Source: Nitrosopumilus sp. (GTDB lineage: Archaea; Thermoproteota; Nitrososphaeria; Nitrososphaerales; Nitrosopumilaceae). From it: a DNA stretch of 64,000 bases. Below are positions 10,174 to 19,941 of the stretch, piece by piece (positions within the stretch are counted from its first letter, which is position 1; every line of letters starts with the position of its first letter). The stretch is from the NCBI GenBank assembly GCA_963667665.2, contig OY763927.2, positions 1,376,001 to 1,440,000 of the forward strand. Reading direction: 5' to 3'. A program made the translations under genes and the position numbers. The notes beneath the pieces were generated by a model, which worked only from the letters and a program-made list of their open reading frames with translations, did not search any database and was not told the origin of the DNA.

Positions 10174-10860
10174 TCAGTCATTCATCATTGATTTGAACTT
10201 GTTTAATCTTGAAATAGTACCAATATCATAAAATCTTTTTTCAGTAGGAAAAGATGAAATCATTTTCTCACGTAGTAATGCAGGAAAAATATCATTTTCA
10301 ATTGATAAAATTTCATTATCAAATTTTTCAAAAAGTTTCTTTCTAAAGCAATAAATTCCAGCATCAATTGCATTAAGGTTATCAGAAGAATTTTTTGAAT
10401 AGTTATTGATCAAATTATTATTTACTGACATATTATACTTGTTTTCATAAAACTCAGGACCAACATAGGACACAACCTGCATTAATCCAGAATCTTTCTT
10501 ACAAAATCTAAGAAATTCATCATAATCAAAATCAAGATAAGTATCACCATTTATTACTAAAAAAACATCGTCTAATTCTTCATAGAATTTTTTAAAGCAA
10601 CCTGCAGTGCCTAAAGGTTTTTTTTCAATGAAATATCTTAACTTCATTCCAAATTTTTCACCATTTGAAAAATGCTGAATTATTTTTTCATGCATAAAAC
10701 CAACTGATAAAACAATATCAAAAAAATTATGATTTTTCAACATTATCAGTAATAATTCTAAAAAGGGTTTTTTGCCAATTTCAATCATTGGTTTAGGAAG
10801 CGTTTTAGTCAAATGTTGTAATCTTGTTCCAAAACCACCCGCTAGAATAATTACTTGCAT
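10174..10860 (-). CDS. hddC: Heptose-1-phosphate guanylyltransferase-like NTP transferase (start taken at ATG 10860)
   Basis: ILAGGFGTRL..PKPM, PLGTAG, INGDTY, FYDIGT; position in the gmh operon. Confidence 0.78.
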   Translation of the reverse strand: MQVIILAGGFGTRLQHLTKTLPKPMIEIGKKPFLELLLIMLKNHNFFDIVLSVGFMHEKIIQHFSNGEKFGMKLRYFIEKKPLGTAGCFKKFYEELDDVFLVINGDTYLDFDYDEFLRFCKKDSGLMQVVSYVGPEFYENKYNMSVNNNLINNYSKNSSDNLNAIDAGIYCFRKKLFEKFDNEILSIENDIFPALLREKMISSFPTEKRFYDIGTISRLNKFKSMMND

Positions 10861-10861
10861 A

Positions 10862-11368
10862 TCAATTTTTGAATAAAGTGATATTTGAATGCACAAAATC
10901 AAGTAAATCACCATTTCGTTTAATTTTATATCCTTTAATTTTAGCAGACAAAGCTGATTCTATGTCAATATCAGTATCACCAATCAATAGAGAAGAAGAT
11001 ACATCTATATCAAAATCTTTAATTGATTGCAAAAGTAAACCAGGTTTAGGTTTTCGGCAAATACAGTTTTCAGAAGGAAGATGGGGACAATAATAAAAAC
11101 ACTCAATTTTTCCACTATATTTTGCAATTTTAGATGAAATTGTTGAATGTAAAATATCTAATTCATCTATAGAAATAATTTTTCGATTAATGACAGATTG
11201 ATTTGTCACTACAATAATTATAAATCCAAGATCATTCAAAAATTTTATTGCTTTGGGAACATTTGGTAAAATTTTTAATTCATCTAAATTTTTTACATAA
11301 TCATCTCTATGCAGATTTATCACGCCATCTCTATCTAAAAAAACAGCTTTTCTTTTTGAATTAATCAT
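10862..11368 (-). CDS. gmhB: D-glycero-D-manno-heptose 1,7-bisphosphate phosphatase
   Basis: FLDRDGVIN, VTNQS, CPH..C.CRKPKPG, IGD. Confidence 0.9.
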   Translation of the reverse strand: MINSKRKAVFLDRDGVINLHRDDYVKNLDELKILPNVPKAIKFLNDLGFIIIVVTNQSVINRKIISIDELDILHSTISSKIAKYSGKIECFYYCPHLPSENCICRKPKPGLLLQSIKDFDIDVSSSLLIGDTDIDIESALSAKIKGYKIKRNGDLLDFVHSNITLFKN

Positions 11369-11456
11369 ATTATTTCTAATCTAACATGATTAATTTAATT
11401 TGCTTAAGTTTTATACTGAAATTTCATTAATATAACACTGGATAAGAAATGATACA

Positions 11457-12821
11457 ATGAAACAAAACATATTATTTATTGTAATAGATTCATTCAGAGC
11501 TGACAAATGTTTTGGTAAACAAAAAATATCATTTACCCCAAATTTTGAGAAATTAATGAAAGAAGGAACTTATTTCTCAGAAACTGTATCTTGTGCTGAT
11601 GGAACAATTTTATCATTAGGGGGATTATTTACAGGACTTTTTCCATTCAAAGTAGGATTAGGAGGAAAATCCTATAATAAATTAGAAAAAGACATAGAAA
11701 CATATCTTTCAATTTTGAAAAATGCAGGATATTCTATTCATGGAACAGTTCCTAAAGCAATGGAATTTTATAATTTAACAAAAGATTTTGATAATAAAGA
11801 TGATTTAACTTATGATACATTTCTTAGATTGAAAGATGGATTAGATAAAAAAATTCATAACAAAATTAAAGAATTAGAAAATAAAAAACCATGGTTATAT
11901 TATATCCATTTGTTAGATCTGCATCAACCCATTTGGGTACCCGAACACTTGGATGATGAAAAATTTGGAGATAGTAAATATGAAAGGATGATTTCTTCTA
12001 TCGATGAATGGATTGGAAAAATTGCTAAAAAAATTGATTTGCAAAACACAATGATAGTCATTACAGCAGATCATGGGGAATATCTCCCTTTTGTAAAATT
12101 TGGTGATAAAACAATTAGTTTTGAAGAGATTAGATTGCAAAAGACGCAGACCGCCCTAGGCAATTTATTTCCAAGTTTTCTTTTACCATTAAAATGGAAA
12201 TGTACTATTTGGGCTCATAAATTAAGGACAAAATCTAGAAAAGAAAAAATTGAGAAATTATCATTAAGTTCTTATGAAAAACGTTCTCTTTTATTATCTA
12301 GATCAGATCCTGATTGCTACCTATATGATGAATTAATCAAAATTCCTCTGTTTATGATAGGAAGTGGTTTCCCTAAAAATAAAATAATTAAAAACCAAAT
12401 TCGGAGTGTCGATATTTTCCCAACGATTTTGGAGATATTAAAAATTAAAGATAAAAGAGAGATAGATGGACAAAGTTTAGTTTCATTAATGAACGGAAAT
12501 GAATTTAATGAGTTACCTGCATACGCTGAAAGTTCTGCATTTATAAAAAAATCACTAGGAGATGTTATTGGAGTAAGAACAAATGAATACAAATATTTTC
12601 GGTCAATTGATAGTTCAATTAAGAAAGTACATCTATATGATTTAAAAAAAGATCCTTTGGAAGAGAATAACATATCTTCTAAAGAATCAGACATAAAGAA
12701 AAAAATGGAATCATACATCAGCATGATTAGAAAAGGTGAAAAAATTATACAAAATGAAAAAATGAGTAAGGAAGAAAGACAGAATGTTGAAGATGAGTTA
12801 AGAAAACTAGGTTATATCTAA
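11457..12821 (+). CDS. Sulfatase-like hydrolase/transferase (alkaline phosphatase superfamily)
   Basis: NILFIVIDSFRAD, ITADHGE, VDIFPT, LYDLKKDPLE; Thr where sulfatases have CxPxR. Confidence 0.88.
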   Translation: MKQNILFIVIDSFRADKCFGKQKISFTPNFEKLMKEGTYFSETVSCADGTILSLGGLFTGLFPFKVGLGGKSYNKLEKDIETYLSILKNAGYSIHGTVPKAMEFYNLTKDFDNKDDLTYDTFLRLKDGLDKKIHNKIKELENKKPWLYYIHLLDLHQPIWVPEHLDDEKFGDSKYERMISSIDEWIGKIAKKIDLQNTMIVITADHGEYLPFVKFGDKTISFEEIRLQKTQTALGNLFPSFLLPLKWKCTIWAHKLRTKSRKEKIEKLSLSSYEKRSLLLSRSDPDCYLYDELIKIPLFMIGSGFPKNKIIKNQIRSVDIFPTILEILKIKDKREIDGQSLVSLMNGNEFNELPAYAESSAFIKKSLGDVIGVRTNEYKYFRSIDSSIKKVHLYDLKKDPLEENNISSKESDIKKKMESYISMIRKGEKIIQNEKMSKEERQNVEDELRKLGYI

Positions 12822-12857
12822 AACTAAGAATACTTCCAATCACTAGAAATAATTATT

Positions 12858-13799
12858 TCAAAAATAACTAGAATTTATTGATTTCAATAATTGTACAATA
12901 TCATTTTTAGTTATTGGTTTGGGATTATTATCAAGATGTTTAAAATCAGGAATGATTGTTTCAGCAGCTTCATCTAATGATTGTTTTAAGCTAATTTTTG
13001 AAAAATTTAATTTTTTTACAAGATTAGAATATCGTTTATAAAATTTTGAATCATTAAATTTATGAGCTGCACTAGTAGTAAAAGCCAAAGCATGACCATG
13101 AGAAATACCCTCATTTGAATATACATAAGAAAGGGCATGCCCTAATGTTGTTGATGAATTTCCAAAGCCTAGACCATCAAACAAAGAACCTATCACAATT
13201 TTTTCATAATTCTTGGTAAGTATACCTTCTTCTAAAAGATCAAAAGCTGAATTACATAGAAATTTTGTATAAGGATTTGCAAGTTTACTGTCATATGCTT
13301 CAGTACATTGTGCACATGCATCAATTACTGAATTTTTAATTATTTTTTGATCTGAGTTTTCAATAAAATAAGAATCAATTATAGCAATATCTGCAAAAAT
13401 ACCATCATCATGAAAGCTTTTTTTCTTACCATCAACCTTTAACACTGAAATACGTGTTACTTCGCTACCACTGCCAAATGTAGTAGGAATAATTATTTTT
13501 AATTTCTTCATTTGAAAAGCACAATATTTTGCTACATCCATAGAGCTTCCACCACCAATACCAATAACATGACTAAAGGTAGAATTTTTGAATTTGGAAA
13601 TAATTTTTTCGACAGTTTTTAGAGATGGGTTGGGTTCTACATCATCAAAAATTTTCTGATTGCTCAATCCAGTGTATTCTAACCAACCTCTGGATTTTGC
13701 TCCTTTTGATGTAATAACTAAACAATTTTCTGGAAATGAAAATTCCTTAACAGAGTTTTTACCAAAAATGATTTTTGGTGGTTGTTTTATTGTCCACAT
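12858..13799 (-). CDS. Iron-containing alcohol dehydrogenase, probable phosphonoacetaldehyde reductase
   Basis: GIGGGSSMD, PTTFGSGSE, TLGHALSY..HG; divergent from pepM. Confidence 0.82.
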   Translation of the reverse strand: MWTIKQPPKIIFGKNSVKEFSFPENCLVITSKGAKSRGWLEYTGLSNQKIFDDVEPNPSLKTVEKIISKFKNSTFSHVIGIGGGSSMDVAKYCAFQMKKLKIIIPTTFGSGSEVTRISVLKVDGKKKSFHDDGIFADIAIIDSYFIENSDQKIIKNSVIDACAQCTEAYDSKLANPYTKFLCNSAFDLLEEGILTKNYEKIVIGSLFDGLGFGNSSTTLGHALSYVYSNEGISHGHALAFTTSAAHKFNDSKFYKRYSNLVKKLNFSKISLKQSLDEAAETIIPDFKHLDNNPKPITKNDIVQLLKSINSSYF

Positions 13800-13862
13800 A
13801 TAAAGAAAGTAAAAAGATCTATTATTATAGATTAAATTATTTTCTTAATTTATCTGATTCAA

Positions 13863-14762
13863 ATGAATGATGGAGCCAATATTTTACACTCAAAATTAAA
13901 AGAAAAACAGATTTTGAAAGTAGCGGGGGCATTTGATGCAATGTCTGCTAAATTAGTAGAATTGAGTAATTTTGATGCTATTTGGGCAGGTAGTTTTGCC
14001 ATATCTGCAACTCATGCATTACCAGATGCTAGCATCCTTACTATGACAGAATTTCTATCTGTAGCATCCAATATGGCAGATGCTTGCTCAATTCCAATTA
14101 TTGCTGATTGTGATACAGGGTTTGGTGGACCTAGTAACGTTAGTCATATGGTAAAAAAATATGAAAGTGCAGGAATTGCTGCAGTGAGCATAGAAGACAA
14201 AGTATTTCCCAAACAAAATAGTCTTTTGGAAGAAGGTAATCAAGAATTATTATCAGAGAAAGATTTTGTTGCAAAAATTATAGCTGCAAAAAACGCTAAG
14301 GTAAATGAAAATTTTATGATTATTGCTAGAGTTGAAGCTCTGATTGCAGGATTAGGAGTTAATGAAGCAAAAAAAAGATCAGATGCATATGAAAAAGCAG
14401 GAGCAGATGCAATTTTAATTCACTCAAAAAAGAATACTCCAGATGAAATTTTTGAATTTTGTGATACATGGAATGGAAATATTCCAATAATTGCTATTCC
14501 TACATCATATCCAAATGTAACACTAGATGAACTTCAAAAACATAAAGTAAAAATGGTAATTTATGCAAATCAATCATTACGGGCAGCTCATTGGGCTATG
14601 GCTGAACATCTAAATAAATTATCTACAGCTGAAAGTCTTAGCGATGTTAAAACAAAAATGACTACGATGGAAGAGATATTTCATCTTCAAGAAATGTATG
14701 AAATTAAAAAACAAGAAACAGATATTGAAAAAAATCTAAAAAAATTAGGTTACATAAATTGA
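13863..14762 (+). CDS. pepM: Phosphoenolpyruvate mutase
   Basis: Diagnostic EDKxxxxxNS motif (EDKVFPKQNS); DCDTGFG; ARVEALI. Confidence 0.93.
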   Translation: MNDGANILHSKLKEKQILKVAGAFDAMSAKLVELSNFDAIWAGSFAISATHALPDASILTMTEFLSVASNMADACSIPIIADCDTGFGGPSNVSHMVKKYESAGIAAVSIEDKVFPKQNSLLEEGNQELLSEKDFVAKIIAAKNAKVNENFMIIARVEALIAGLGVNEAKKRSDAYEKAGADAILIHSKKNTPDEIFEFCDTWNGNIPIIAIPTSYPNVTLDELQKHKVKMVIYANQSLRAAHWAMAEHLNKLSTAESLSDVKTKMTTMEEIFHLQEMYEIKKQETDIEKNLKKLGYIN

Positions 14763-15247
14763 ATGAGCAAACACAACGTAGAATATATCATTATTTAAAG
14801 AAAAAAAATATAGAAAATTTTATAGGAGTACCTGATTCTACACTAAAGTACTTTATCGATGAATGTCAAAAAAATAACAATGTAATCATTACAACCAGAG
14901 AAGAAGAAGCCATAGGTATTGCTACTGGAATGTATCTTTCTAAAAGTTCCTCATTAGTCTTTATGCAAAATGCAGGATTTGCTAATTCAATTAGTACAAT
15001 TACTTCTCTTGTTCAACTGTATGAAATTCCTTTAATTTTACTTATTGGGTGGAGGGGTTATCTTGTAGACGATGCTCCTGAACATCTAAAAATTGGCAAA
15101 ATCCAGCCTGAGCTTCTAAAGATTATGGAACTAAAATCAAAAATTATCACAGATAAAAATTGGAAATCAATGTGTGATTGGGCATTAAATCAGATTAAAG
15201 AAAAAAAACCATGTGCACTTGTAATTAAGAGGATATTTCATGATTAG
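14759..15247 (+). CDS. Phosphonopyruvate decarboxylase, N-terminal (alpha, ComD-like) subunit
   Basis: GVPDS, REEEAIG, MQNAG, IGWRG; TTG start overlapping the pepM stop. Confidence 0.85.
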   Translation: MNEQTQRRIYHYLKKKNIENFIGVPDSTLKYFIDECQKNNNVIITTREEEAIGIATGMYLSKSSSLVFMQNAGFANSISTITSLVQLYEIPLILLIGWRGYLVDDAPEHLKIGKIQPELLKIMELKSKIITDKNWKSMCDWALNQIKEKKPCALVIKRIFHD

Positions 15248-15788
15248 AAAAGAAGTTGTGAAAATTATTGCAAAAAGTGTTGGAAAAAATCCAATTGTAT
15301 CAGCAAATGGGTTTATGAGTAGAGATTTGTTTGAAGTTAACGATAAAGAATCAAATTTTTACATGATTGGTTCAATGGGTCTTGCTTCATCAATTGGATT
15401 AGGCATTGCAGTGAAAAATCCAAAAAAACGGGTTTTTATTTTTGATGGAGATGGAAATATTCTAATGAATTTAGGTTCATTAGTAACGATAGGGAGTCTA
15501 GCACCAAAAAATTTGATTCATGTAGTATTTGATAATAATAGTCATGAATCAACAGGAGGACAACCCACAAATTCATCAAAAATTAATTTAGAAAAAATAG
15601 CAAAAAATACAGGATATAAAATCTTTAAAATAAAATCAAAAGATAAACTAGTATCAATTTTAAAAAATATAAGAAAATATCAGGGGCCAATTTTTCTCTT
15701 GATAAAAATCTCAAAAAGTAAAGAAAGAAGTGACAGAGTTCTGTGGAAACCTAAAACTATTAGAGACCGAGTAATGAAATCATTATAG
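15240..15788 (+). CDS. Phosphonopyruvate decarboxylase, TPP-binding (beta, ComE-like) subunit
   Basis: FYMIGSMG, DGDGNILMN, HESTGGQPT. Confidence 0.87.
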   Translation: MIRKEVVKIIAKSVGKNPIVSANGFMSRDLFEVNDKESNFYMIGSMGLASSIGLGIAVKNPKKRVFIFDGDGNILMNLGSLVTIGSLAPKNLIHVVFDNNSHESTGGQPTNSSKINLEKIAKNTGYKIFKIKSKDKLVSILKNIRKYQGPIFLLIKISKSKERSDRVLWKPKTIRDRVMKSL

Positions 15789-15795
15789 AAATTTT

Positions 15796-16545
15796 ATGAA
15801 AGCAATAATTATTGCAGCTGGTTCTGCAAAAAGATTAGATTTACACACCAAAGAATTACCTAAAGGATTATTGGATATTAACGGAAAAACCATCCTTGAA
15901 AGACAGATAGATTTGCTAAAAAGGAAAAATATTCAAGAGATCATAATAATAACAGGTCCCCATAAAGAGAAATTCAAATTTGACAAAGTTAGATATGTTG
16001 AAGATTTAGAACATGAAAAACATGATGTACTTTTGAGCCTAATGGCAGCTAAGCATGAGATTAAAGGGGATGTAATTATTACATATTCAGATATTCTATT
16101 TGATGAAAAAATTCTTCAACAAATTATTAATTCAAAAGTAAACATAGGAATTGCAATAGATATGAATTGGGAACAAAATTATGAAAATCGGACAGAACAT
16201 CCAAAAGAACAAGCTGACAATGTAATTATTGAAAATAATAAAATTGTTAAAATAAAAAAGAATATTACAAAAATATCAAATGAACAAAAAAATGGAGAGT
16301 TTATTGGAATAATAAAATTCTCTGATAAAGGTTCTATAATATTTGTAAATGAATTCAATAAGCTGGAAAAAAATATTTCAAAACCATTTCATGATGTACC
16401 ATCATTTGAGAAGGCATATTTGACAGATATGATACAAGAGTTGATTGAACAAAATATTCTTGTTGAACCAATTATTGTAGATGGGGATTGGTGTGAAATT
16501 GATACACCTCAAGACTTTGAAAATGCAAAAAAGAAATATAACTGA
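15796..16545 (+). CDS. LicC/PntC-like (phosphonate) cytidylyltransferase
   Basis: IIAAG..RL..PK, YSDILF, GEFIG, WCEIDT; directly after ppd. Confidence 0.8.
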   Translation: MKAIIIAAGSAKRLDLHTKELPKGLLDINGKTILERQIDLLKRKNIQEIIIITGPHKEKFKFDKVRYVEDLEHEKHDVLLSLMAAKHEIKGDVIITYSDILFDEKILQQIINSKVNIGIAIDMNWEQNYENRTEHPKEQADNVIIENNKIVKIKKNITKISNEQKNGEFIGIIKFSDKGSIIFVNEFNKLEKNISKPFHDVPSFEKAYLTDMIQELIEQNILVEPIIVDGDWCEIDTPQDFENAKKKYN

Positions 16546-16551
16546 ATTATG

Positions 16552-17667
16552 TTATAAATAATGTTGAATTTCTTTCCAAAGCATTACTTCAACTTGTAAA
16601 TTTTTACCAGCAAGATTATTTTCTTCATCAGGATCAAACTCTAAATCATAAAGCTCTTTCGAATTGTTATATTCATTAAAGATTAATTTCCATTTTGAAG
16701 TCCTTATCGATTTAGTATTTGGATTTTCTGGAGGTCGTTTATCTTTAAGAGGATTACCAGTTTCAGAAAATGCAAATTTTTCTTCAGTAGTAATTCCTTT
16801 GATTAATGGGATGAGAGATTCGCCATCAATTTTTTCAAATTTATCAGATTGTGGTATGTTAAGATAATCTAAAATTGTAGGCATGAAATCGATGGTTCTA
16901 ATTTGCTGTTTTATCTCAATGGACTGTATTTCAGGATATACAAAGTAGGTAAAAGTTCGTAATGTATAATCATAACAAAATACACCATAGGCTCGTTCAC
17001 CAACTTTTTCTCCAACACTAATTCCATGATCAGACATCACCAAAAGTAGAGAATTTTTATCTAAATCAAGAGAATTAATTTTTTTAAGAATTGCTTCTAA
17101 ATAAATTTCTGCATGATAGAATAATTTATCATATCGTTTTTCATTTATATTTTTATTTGAGAAATAGTTTGAACTAAAATTTTCATAAACTTTCAATACT
17201 TCATTCATAATTCCAGTATGAATATTACTATATTGAAGATATAAGAAAAAATTTTTCCCTTCAGAATTTTTTTTTTTCATATCTGTAAGGAAATTACAAT
17301 GACGTAAAGTCAAATTATCTTTTAATTCATCATGAATTAAAAATTCATCAAATCCCTGTTGAGGAATTACTAATTTATTAACGACATCTGCAAGAGTATA
17401 ATATTCTTCATCATGTAGATATTCAGTCAAAGATTTGAATTTGTCTTTTTTAAATTTGAAAGTAGACCAATAACTATCAGTGCCAGTTCTATTGCCATAA
17501 GTACCACTAAAAACTGCATGCATAGCAGCAATTGTATGAGGACCATAAGTTATAGATTGAGAGAAAAATGCTGAAGTTTTTTTTAAGTTATTAAAAATAT
17601 TAGATTTTAAAGCACGATCTAATCTTCCACCATCAATCATTAAAATAATTACATTTTTTCTATTCAT
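16552..17667 (-). CDS. Sulfatase-like hydrolase/transferase (alkaline phosphatase superfamily)
   Basis: NVIILMIDGGR, MSDHG, IDFMPT, ELYDLEFDPDE. Confidence 0.86.
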   Translation of the reverse strand: MNRKNVIILMIDGGRLDRALKSNIFNNLKKTSAFFSQSITYGPHTIAAMHAVFSGTYGNRTGTDSYWSTFKFKKDKFKSLTEYLHDEEYYTLADVVNKLVIPQQGFDEFLIHDELKDNLTLRHCNFLTDMKKKNSEGKNFFLYLQYSNIHTGIMNEVLKVYENFSSNYFSNKNINEKRYDKLFYHAEIYLEAILKKINSLDLDKNSLLLVMSDHGISVGEKVGERAYGVFCYDYTLRTFTYFVYPEIQSIEIKQQIRTIDFMPTILDYLNIPQSDKFEKIDGESLIPLIKGITTEEKFAFSETGNPLKDKRPPENPNTKSIRTSKWKLIFNEYNNSKELYDLEFDPDEENNLAGKNLQVEVMLWKEIQHYL

Positions 17668-17821
17668 AATTCACATATACTGTAATAATTAAATAAAAAT
17701 GGTTCTGAGAGGGATATGAATTAGTACAATAAGTGATTAATTTGATTAAAATCCAAGAAATTGTAGGGGATTTTAAAAAAAATAGCATTTTTTTATATAG
17801 AGCATTTTAGAAATCAAGTAA

Positions 17822-18709
17822 ATGAAAGTAGCAGTAGGAATTCCAGCATATAATGAAGAAGGAAAAATTGCTAAAATTTTGGCCGGTTTAAATGAAATCA
17901 CAGATACAGTGATTGTATGTGATGATGGTTCAACGGATATGACAGAAAAAATTGCTAAGAAAATGGGAGCAATAGTAGTAAAACACGAAAAAAACTTGGG
18001 CTATGGAGCTGCTATAAGAGATATTTTTTTAAAATCTAGAGAAATTGGCTGTGATGTTCTAGTAACATTTGATGCAGATGGACAACATAGAATTGAAGAT
18101 ATAAATTCTGTTTTACTGCCAATTCAGAAAAATGAAGCAGATATGGTTATAGGATCTAGATTTTTAGATGATGTTCAAAAAAATATTCCGAAGTTTAGAA
18201 AAATAGGGATAAAAACTATCAATAAATTAACTAATACAAGCGGTGAACAAAAAATAACCGATACCCAAAGTGGGTTAAGAGCATATAGTAAGAAAGTTTT
18301 GGAAGCTATTACTCCATCAGACTTTGGAATGGGTGTTTCAACAGAAATTTTGATCAAAGCAAATTCAAAAAAATTTAAAATTAAAGAAGTTCCAATTGTG
18401 GTCTTGTATGGCAAGGATACTTCAACTCATAATGCAACATCGCACGGAATTTCAGTAATTCTTAGTACTATCAAGTTCATATCTATTGAAAAACCGATCT
18501 CATTTTATGGATTACCAGGTTTAACATTATTTGGAATTGGGTTATTCTTTATTTTTTGGACTATTCAAGAATTTACTGTAACACGGGAGATTATTACAAA
18601 CATATCTCTAATCGGAATAGGTTCCACAATATTGGGAATAATTCTAATCATGACTGCAATTATTCTTTTTTCTCTTGTAAGTGTTGTAAGAGAACGCCAC
18701 AGTAAATAA
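17822..18709 (+). CDS. GT2 glycosyltransferase, dolichol-phosphate hexosyltransferase-like, with C-terminal TM helices
   Basis: IPAYNEE, DDGSTD, FDADGQH, DTQSG; hydrophobic C-terminus. Confidence 0.88.
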   Translation: MKVAVGIPAYNEEGKIAKILAGLNEITDTVIVCDDGSTDMTEKIAKKMGAIVVKHEKNLGYGAAIRDIFLKSREIGCDVLVTFDADGQHRIEDINSVLLPIQKNEADMVIGSRFLDDVQKNIPKFRKIGIKTINKLTNTSGEQKITDTQSGLRAYSKKVLEAITPSDFGMGVSTEILIKANSKKFKIKEVPIVVLYGKDTSTHNATSHGISVILSTIKFISIEKPISFYGLPGLTLFGIGLFFIFWTIQEFTVTREIITNISLIGIGSTILGIILIMTAIILFSLVSVVRERHSK

Positions 18710-18764
18710 AACTAGATTATATCTCTGTATACATTTAGAAGTTCAGACAATTTGTAGAATTTAG

Positions 18765-19913
18765 ATGCTAAATAAATTAAAAGATCTTACAACTGTTGTT
18801 GTTGCTAATGGATTATCTACACTGATACTAGGACTTTTTTGGTTTTATATGGCAGGATTACTTGGAACAGAAAATTATGGGCATGTAAGCTATTTTATTG
18901 CAGCAGCCAGCATAGGTTATGTAATTTCTCTATTAGGAGGAAGTAACACTGTGTTAGTTTTTACAGCTAAGGAAAACAAAAAACAGCCGACTATTCACAT
19001 TTTTCCATTAATAATTAGTGGAATAGCAGCTGTAATAACTTATTTCATATTTTGGAATATAGGAGTTAGTTTATTCATAATTGGAAATGTTGTATTTACA
19101 CTAGTTATTTCAGAATTACTTGGTGAAAAAAATTATAGTTTATTTGGAAAAGTTGTTATCTCACAAAAAATTTTTCTAGTTGTATTATCAATTGGATTAT
19201 ACTATTTAATTGGAATAGATGGTGTGATTTTAGGATATGCAATTTCTTTTTATCCATACTTTTGGTTTATCATAAAATCTTTTAAAGCAGGAAAAATTGA
19301 TTTTGGAATACTTAAAACTCGAATGCATTTTATGTTAAATAGTTATTCTATGGATTTATCGAGACGATTATCATGGTCAGCTGATAAATTAATTATTTTA
19401 CCATTATTTGGATTTGTATTACTAGGAAATTATCAATTAGGTTTCCAGTTTTTAATTTTACTAAGTATCATTCCTTCTTCAGTTTATCAATATATTCTCC
19501 CTCAAAATTCATCAGGAAAAAGTAAAGAAAAACTCAAAAAAATTACAATTTTATTTTCAGTTCTTTTAGCATTACTTGGTGTTTTTGTCGCACCAGAATT
19601 AGTCAATACATTCTTCCCACAATATCAAGAAACAACGGAAATAATTAGAATTATGAGTTTAGCTATTATTCCAATCACAATTAATTATATGTACACTGCA
19701 AAGTTTTTGGGGATAGAAAAAACTAAGTTTATCCTCATAGGCGCAATACTTTTTGTTTCAATTCAATTTGCTGGAATTTATCTTCTTGGAGAAATATTTG
19801 GAATTAATGGTGCTGCAATATCATTAGTTCTAGGAGCATCATCTCAATCCATTTTCCTCGTTTTATCAGATAAATTTTTCATTAAAGATAATTACGTTGA
19901 GGAAAAAAGCTGA
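18765..19913 (+). CDS. Oligosaccharide flippase (Wzx/MATE-like polysaccharide biosynthesis protein)
   Basis: Many TM segments, LLGTENYG, D.LII...G...LG.Y, FGINGAA. Confidence 0.75.
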   Translation: MLNKLKDLTTVVVANGLSTLILGLFWFYMAGLLGTENYGHVSYFIAAASIGYVISLLGGSNTVLVFTAKENKKQPTIHIFPLIISGIAAVITYFIFWNIGVSLFIIGNVVFTLVISELLGEKNYSLFGKVVISQKIFLVVLSIGLYYLIGIDGVILGYAISFYPYFWFIIKSFKAGKIDFGILKTRMHFMLNSYSMDLSRRLSWSADKLIILPLFGFVLLGNYQLGFQFLILLSIIPSSVYQYILPQNSSGKSKEKLKKITILFSVLLALLGVFVAPELVNTFFPQYQETTEIIRIMSLAIIPITINYMYTAKFLGIEKTKFILIGAILFVSIQFAGIYLLGEIFGINGAAISLVLGASSQSIFLVLSDKFFIKDNYVEEKS

Positions 19914-19941
19914 TTATGCATGAAAAAATTGAGAAATTAAA

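Noticed and set aside
10861-10914. Extended hddC N-terminus given by the ORF track
   Set aside because: Overlaps gmhB; ATG 10860 gives the canonical MQVIILAGG start right after the gmhB stop
13863-15788. Isocitrate lyase plus ComDE (coenzyme M) interpretation
   Set aside because: The EDKxxxxxNS motif identifies PEP mutase, so the adjacent TPP enzyme is best read as phosphonopyruvate decarboxylase
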